DNA from: Candidatus Cloacimonadales bacterium
GTDB lineage: Bacteria; Cloacimonadota; Cloacimonadia; Cloacimonadales; JAFGVF01
Direction: 5' to 3'
Length of the DNA stretch: 64,000 nucleotides
NCBI GenBank assembly: GCA_963662585.1
Contig: OY759729.1
Coordinates: forward strand, 576,001 to 640,000
The position numbers and the translations under genes were made by a program. Position 1 is the stretch's first letter. Every line of letters begins with the position of its first letter. This document shows positions 58,758-64,000 of this stretch, piece after piece. Under the pieces are notes generated by a model. It did not search any database and was not told where the DNA came from. It was given only the letters and a program-made list of their open reading frames with translations.

Positions 58758-58783
58758 CCTTATAGAATATATATTCTATAAGG
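58758..58783. repeat. Perfect 26-bp palindrome
   Basis: CCTTATAGAATAT|ATATTCTATAAGG. Confidence 0.9.
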
Positions 58784-58955
58784 CAAAAGTTTTTGAATTA
58801 ATTTCCGTAAACTGGACCAATTTAAAAAAAAGTGGGCCCTATAATATAATGAGGGGAGAAAAAAATGAGAAGTAATAAAGCAACCCAGAAAAGTAAGCAA
58901 AAATATGACTTTTCCAGGTTACTTGTTTTATCTGAGATGTAAGAATTGCTAAGTG

Positions 58956-60323
58956 TTAACCTATTTTCCTAAGTGCTTCTTCCGAAGCAAGAACAATTAA
59001 GTTTGCTGCAGGATAATAACTTTGATAAGGTTGAGATGAATAACTAAGATCAACAAGCTCTTCGATAGTTAAGTTATTCTGAATAGCTAAAGTTAAAATA
59101 TCTATTTTATCAGTGACTGGTTCTTGACTAATGATTTGAGCACCTAAAAGCATCTTGGTATTTTTTTCAACAATTAGCTTCAAGTGAATTTGTTGAGCTC
59201 CAGGCATGATAGGGAACTTAGTTGTAACTTCACTATAACTACACACTGTTTCATAGTTAGCATCCTTGGCTAATTTCTCAGAGAGACCAGTTCCCCCCAC
59301 AAAATATTTGCCTGCTTTAGTAGCAGCTCCATTATAAAAGCCTTTATATGTTCTTTTCTGTCCTAAAAGATTAAAGCCCAAAATCTTTGCCATAGGAACA
59401 GCATTAGTTGCTAACTTTCCAGAAATAGTCTTGGAAGTAATTCCGCTGTAGAATTGAGTACAATCCCCTACAGCGTAAATATCTTCAAGATTTGTCCTCA
59501 TTTGTTCATCAACAATTATACCATCTTTACCTGTTTCTAAAGGAGTGTTCTCAAAAAGAGAAAGCTCTGCTTTCATTCCTGTCGCAAAAATAACCATTCC
59601 CTTGAAAGCCTCTACATTGGTAATGTTACAACTTTCAATGGTATCAAAATGAATTATTTGACCATTACTTAGCTTCACTTGCTGAACATATTTTTTCCCT
59701 GCTAGTTCTTCCACCTTGGCATTCAGATGAATATTTATTCCTTCTCGAATAACTTCTTCATAGATTAATTCGGACATTTCAGCATCTAATAGATTTGGTA
59801 GTAAAGTGCTTGCCATATCCACTAAGTCAACAGTTAATCCTCTTTTGTTAAGAGATAAAGCCAACTCAATTCCTATTGCACCAGCTCCAACAACCACAGC
59901 ATGTTCTACACCATTAGCAATATTTTCCATGACTAATCGCATATTTCTCTCTGTTTTAAATCCTGTAACACCTTCTAAATTAGCCCCAGAAATTGGCGGA
60001 ATGAATGGTACAGCTCCAGTAGCAATTATTAATTTATCATATTTATATGATGTTCCATCTTCAATCTCTACTTGTTTGGAGGAGAAATCTACCTTTTTGA
60101 CTGTAGATCTAATTAGATCTGCTCCTGCATCTGTAACTATTGAATCTTTCTTGAATGTCTTCTCAATATTTACAATACCTTCAACAGCATAAGGCATTGC
60201 ACAATAAATCATACTATAGTCTTCTGGACGAATAATCGCCATTTTCATTTTATTCCCTAATATTTTGGCGAGTGTGACCGCTGCAGGTCCTCCTCCAATG
60301 ACAATTACATCATATTTTTCCAT
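58956..60323 (-). CDS. FAD-dependent pyridine nucleotide-disulfide oxidoreductase (NADH oxidase/CoA-disulfide reductase-like)
   Basis: GGGPAA, single redox Cys in IYCAMPY, IIATGA, VVGAGAIG.E, IYAVGDC and LLGAQI motifs. Confidence 0.9.
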   Translation of the reverse strand: MEKYDVIVIGGGPAAVTLAKILGNKMKMAIIRPEDYSMIYCAMPYAVEGIVNIEKTFKKDSIVTDAGADLIRSTVKKVDFSSKQVEIEDGTSYKYDKLIIATGAVPFIPPISGANLEGVTGFKTERNMRLVMENIANGVEHAVVVGAGAIGIELALSLNKRGLTVDLVDMASTLLPNLLDAEMSELIYEEVIREGINIHLNAKVEELAGKKYVQQVKLSNGQIIHFDTIESCNITNVEAFKGMVIFATGMKAELSLFENTPLETGKDGIIVDEQMRTNLEDIYAVGDCTQFYSGITSKTISGKLATNAVPMAKILGFNLLGQKRTYKGFYNGAATKAGKYFVGGTGLSEKLAKDANYETVCSYSEVTTKFPIMPGAQQIHLKLIVEKNTKMLLGAQIISQEPVTDKIDILTLAIQNNLTIEELVDLSYSSQPYQSYYPAANLIVLASEEALRKIG

Positions 60324-60373
60324 ATTTTCCTCTATTCTTATAATTATAATCTGTTTATTACTCTCAACACTTA

Positions 60374-60769
60374 TTAATAGATTAAGTGGCTTCTATTTAT
60401 GCCTTTATTCCATTCTTCAATAATTTGTAAATAATTTACTTTAATTGTTTCAATACTCTCAAAAAGGGTATGATTTCTAAATATCAAACACACAAATTCT
60501 TGTTTGATTCTTTTAATATTCGGTCCAAAAACACTCGAAGCAAGAATTTTAACCCCCTCATTCTTCAACATAAGAGAGACACCTTTAGCTTTTTTAGGGT
60601 CAGCGTGAACTTCCTCTAGAATGCTTTTAGTATTATTTTCAATCGTCTTAATAAATATAGCTGAATTTTCATTAATTTCATATATATGATAATATTCTGA
60701 ATCTCCAAAATGTTCATCATTATATTTATTGCCGTCATTGCTGGCAAATGCAAATTTATAGTTTTCCAA
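60374..60769 (-). CDS. NifB/NifX-family (FeMo-cofactor-binding-like) protein
   Basis: KFAFASNDG...EHFGDSEYYHIYEI...N and GVKIL....FGPN. Confidence 0.8.
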   Translation of the reverse strand: MENYKFAFASNDGNKYNDEHFGDSEYYHIYEINENSAIFIKTIENNTKSILEEVHADPKKAKGVSLMLKNEGVKILASSVFGPNIKRIKQEFVCLIFRNHTLFESIETIKVNYLQIIEEWNKGINRSHLIY

Positions 60770-60853
60770 TTTCTTTTCCTTTTTCTTAGTTTTTCTTTAT
60801 TTAACCTAGGAAGATGAGCTGAGAACTAACTCCTCCTTGACAACTTTACCTAA

Positions 60854-61045
60854 TTATCTATTTCCATTTCTTCTGCCACTTCCAGCTCCATGAGAAGGAC
60901 CTTTGCTAGTGCCATTAAAAAATCCACGATTGGCCTGATTAGCTTGACCTATTCCTCTACCTTTTTCATTACCTACAGCTTTTCCTAAACCTCTGCCTGT
61001 TCTAGGTCCTTTTCCATCTGGTCCAGTTTTATCTCCGTTTGGCAT
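60854..61045 (-). CDS. DUF5320-like small Gly/Arg-rich protein
   Basis: MPNGDKTGPDGKGPRTGRGLG N-terminus; AAGGAG RBS. Confidence 0.8.
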   Translation of the reverse strand: MPNGDKTGPDGKGPRTGRGLGKAVGNEKGRGIGQANQANRGFFNGTSKGPSHGAGSGRRNGNR

Positions 61046-61263
61046 AATAATACTCCTTTAATTATATTTATCAGTATTATAATAAACTATTGTTCATAAC
61101 CAAATTTTTTTTTATTTTTTTTTAAGTATTCAAAATATGGATTTGGCTAATGATTATTGTCTTTTTACCTTTGTATCAGTTATTTGATAATACAATAATT
61201 AAAGAAAACAGTATTTTCTCCTTTTTAACTGTATCTATGAGGTCATTAATTTCTTCTAAGACT

Positions 61264-61281
61264 AATGAACATTTGTTCATT
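61264..61281. promoter_or_regulatory. Palindromic operator-like site
   Basis: AATGAACA-tt-TGTTCATT upstream of the DUF5320-NifX-oxidoreductase operon; related site near 61082-61099. Confidence 0.5.
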
Positions 61282-61296
61282 TAAAATTTAATTTTG

Positions 61297-61813
61297 TTAG
61301 TTATAGTTTAACTTTTTTACATATTTGGGATAATAATCATCTCCAAAGATACCTGCATACCAATTCGAAACTTGCAAGGTTTCTTGATTCCTATCTTCTA
61401 AGAAAAGAGTAGATAGTTCACCAACCACACTAAAAGATAGACAGATTAATCCTGTGTTGTTTTGACTAAGTTGAGTCTTTGTTATTCTGGGCATTTGAGA
61501 ATTATATTCATAAGCTAAAGTTATAAGACTACTCAGGTTATGAAATTCAACTAAGTTCTTAGCTAAGAGTATCACAGAAATAGCTCTGCCATCAGAAATA
61601 TCATTTAATACTTCAATCTCCAAAGCAATAATTGGCTTAATCCCCACTTCCTTGGCTTTCTCACTAAAATGAAAAGCTCCTGCAATGCTGTTATGTTCAG
61701 TTATAGCGACTGCTAGCATCTCGTGTTTTACAGCTAAATCTAACAATTATTCGGAATAACAAGCTCCATCTAGCCAAGAATACTCGCTATGAACATAAAT
61801 GTACGAGAGACAT
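61297..61813 (-). pseudogene. Pseudogenised, truncated duplicate of the DnaE-PHP gene
   Basis: Collinear with about 57930-58418; 2-nt deletion in the HLHVH codons, AAA->TAA stop near 61748, homology ends after GIFGDDYY (about 61330). Confidence 0.88.
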
Positions 61814-61861
61814 ATTTTTTTATTCTTTAGGATCAGTGAAATTCAGCAATGATTGTTATCA

Positions 61862-64000
61862 CTATTTCATCAAAATCATCTTCTTGGTCGAACTATACCT
61901 ATCACTAGTGATTTTATAGAGGTAAATTCCTGAAGCTACTCTTTTATTTCTATTATCTTTCCCATTCCATACAAGGGTATGCCTGCCAGCTTCAAGTCTA
62001 TTATCAACAAGGTTTTTAACTTTCTGTCCTTTAATATTATAGATATCCAAACTTACTTGACTTGGCTTAGGAAGATAGAAGGAGATGTTTGTTATTGGAT
62101 TAAAGGGATTAGGATAGTTTTGATTCAAATTTAATGTTCTTGCATCAACTTGGTTAGATTCATTCTCAACAGTATTTAAATCATAAAGTTGAGCATAGAT
62201 TCCACCAGTAGTTACCCAGGTGCAAAGCAACTGATCATCAGGATTAAGACATACTTGTAGGTTATAAATAGTATAAGGACTATCTATAATCATTTCATTA
62301 GTAGCCTCAAAAATAACTGAACCATTACTATTAACTACATTAAAAATGGGTGAATCAAAAAAGTTAAATTGATTTGTCCAACCAACAAGAATATTATCAT
62401 TATCTGTCTCTATTAAAGAATTTATTTCATAAGAATATTCTAAATTTGTAAGTAACACACCTTGGGAATTCCACATTTGTTGGCCAGAATATGATATTTT
62501 TTGAGCAAGTAAATCATTACCATAGTTATCCATAGTTTTATTCCATGTAACAAAAATACCATTACTAATCAGAATTTCTGGATTAGAAACAACCACATCT
62601 TTTCCTGCTAATGAATCGTAATTCACAAGAATTGGCTCATTCCAGAATAAATCTTGATTATTAGTTAATCCTTGGAGATAAATCTCACATCCATCTTGCC
62701 AAGTAAAAAAGAGATTATTATCAGCATCACAGGCAAACTTAGAGTTATACCCAGTAAGCATTTGATTTATCTCAAATACAGAGCCATCTTCGCCTATTTT
62801 AAAGGCCTGATAAGCTTGGTTACTATGCCTAACTATACAGTAATTATTGATAACTGTATCAAATTCATTGAAAAAATCTAATTCACCAAGAAATGATTGA
62901 ACATGATTTATCTCTCCCCATTCAAAAGAATTACTAGTTTTTGTAGTATAAATATCTCTTTCCTCAAGACCATAATTTGCTGTTAAAAAACTTAAATAAA
63001 AGTCATTATTATATGACCCCATTAACATAGATAATACTTGTTCATATTCCCCATAACCATAAATTTCTTCACCGATGTTACTTCCTAAAAGAGAACCATC
63101 ACTATCAATAACTCTACTTCTACCCACAATCCCCAAAAAATCAGATTTCCAAGCAACACATATTTGACCTGCTTCATTTTGGGCACTAGTAAAATCTTCA
63201 GGACTATATTCAAACTCATCTTGTCCGTATAGAGAGAAATTGGCTAAATCAACTCCATTTTCAGCCAATTCATAATTTCCTTCAGAATTTATAATTTGAT
63301 ATTTAATTTTCTTATTCATTCCGGGAATATTATCTATCCAGATAACTACACTTCTGTTAGAATTAGGTAATGAATAAACTTTGTAACTATCATTGAATAC
63401 AGAACCTGTAAGTATATTAATTACAATTTCATTTTCAGGCAGATTTATTATTTGGAGATTATCATCAATTATTTTTTGTCTTAAATTCTTGTATCCATCC
63501 AAATTATCTTTCCAAGTAATAAATAGGTCATCTTCATAAGCTAAAAATGCTGTAGGGTAAGGTCCTTGATTCTGAGCAACCAAAAGTCCACCTTGGTCAG
63601 TTTCTAAGCTCCCATCAAGATTTAATTTAAATAAGTAAACATTGTATGCAGGTGCATTAGTAGATTCTTCGTTGGTTTTTACATTTGTAATAAAGACATC
63701 TCCTGAATCCGAAGTTTCTATTTCCACGGAATCAACCACTAAATAAGGTAGAGAATCCAAGAAAATACCTGACTCTCCCCATTGAGGATTTAGATCTTGA
63801 TCCAAACAGTAGGCGATTAAGCTATATTGATCATCTTCATAAGAAGTTACAGATTGTGAAACTACAATTAAATCTCCATTATTATTAGTCTCAAATTGTA
63901 TAAAATACATTGGAGCAGTATCAATAGTTAAAGGGATATAGCCCATAGTTGTCCCTAATTCTCCTGTTAATGAAATTTTCCTAACACTTAAATCAGTATC
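61862..64000 (-). CDS. Large secreted beta-repeat protein with FlgD-Ig/T9SS-type C-terminal domain (5' end outside window)
   Basis: Frame is open to 64000; repeated xxW.D....I..QKI...G...W...G units; QNYPNPFNP...SGIYLYKI...KKMILMK. Confidence 0.88.
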   Translation of the reverse strand, partial: DTDLSVRKISLTGELGTTMGYIPLTIDTAPMYFIQFETNNNGDLIVVSQSVTSYEDDQYSLIAYCLDQDLNPQWGESGIFLDSLPYLVVDSVEIETSDSGDVFITNVKTNEESTNAPAYNVYLFKLNLDGSLETDQGGLLVAQNQGPYPTAFLAYEDDLFITWKDNLDGYKNLRQKIIDDNLQIINLPENEIVINILTGSVFNDSYKVYSLPNSNRSVVIWIDNIPGMNKKIKYQIINSEGNYELAENGVDLANFSLYGQDEFEYSPEDFTSAQNEAGQICVAWKSDFLGIVGRSRVIDSDGSLLGSNIGEEIYGYGEYEQVLSMLMGSYNNDFYLSFLTANYGLEERDIYTTKTSNSFEWGEINHVQSFLGELDFFNEFDTVINNYCIVRHSNQAYQAFKIGEDGSVFEINQMLTGYNSKFACDADNNLFFTWQDGCEIYLQGLTNNQDLFWNEPILVNYDSLAGKDVVVSNPEILISNGIFVTWNKTMDNYGNDLLAQKISYSGQQMWNSQGVLLTNLEYSYEINSLIETDNDNILVGWTNQFNFFDSPIFNVVNSNGSVIFEATNEMIIDSPYTIYNLQVCLNPDDQLLCTWVTTGGIYAQLYDLNTVENESNQVDARTLNLNQNYPNPFNPITNISFYLPKPSQVSLDIYNIKGQKVKNLVDNRLEAGRHTLVWNGKDNRNKRVASGIYLYKITSDRYSSTKKMILMK

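Noticed and set aside
58505..58875. Two short overlapping ORFs (70 and 71 aa)
   Set aside because: Non-ATG starts, no clear RBS or recognisable motif, and mutual antisense overlap; cannot be supported
57102..61813. Split or intein-interrupted replicative dnaE
   Set aside because: Both pieces cover the same N-terminal PHP region; no intein motifs and no C-terminal half in the window

Overview
AT-rich bacterial chromosomal window, most likely Candidatus Cloacimonadota (FCB superphylum). This is inferred from three secreted proteins ending in the FlgD-Ig/T9SS-type C-terminal domain (NYPNPFNP...KMILMK). Housekeeping content: gcvPA/gcvPB, lemA-TPM-TPM, a crtI-like desaturase, nrdD, a MacAB-type ABC system, recJ, an lpoB lipoprotein cluster, pckA, sppA-rng-rplU-rpmA, and coaBC-SDR-queA-birA. 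Five things stand out. (1) A 2.3-kaa NRPS with the order A-T-C-formyltransferase-(C remnant)-A-T-TE, whose TE has a Cys nucleophile; it is flanked by two orphan histidine kinases and a PPTase. (2) An archaeal-type geranylgeranyl reductase with a 2[4Fe-4S] ferredoxin missed by the ORF track, coupled to a GT2 and a lipid A-type acyltransferase. (3) A shortened DnaE paralogue that appears catalytically dead, plus a pseudogenised duplicate; the pair brackets a redox cassette and abuts an orphan secretion-domain remnant. (4) Six intergenic mosaics built from at least seven shuffled palindromic REP-like modules, and a RAYT-like Y1 transposase with its own inverted palindromic flanks. (5) A shared ECF-sigma-like promoter (TGCAGG-N16-AGTCTTAA) upstream of the efflux operon and a Spy/CpxP gene. 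No rRNA, tRNA or CRISPR array was recognised. All calls are by eye from motifs; no searches were run.
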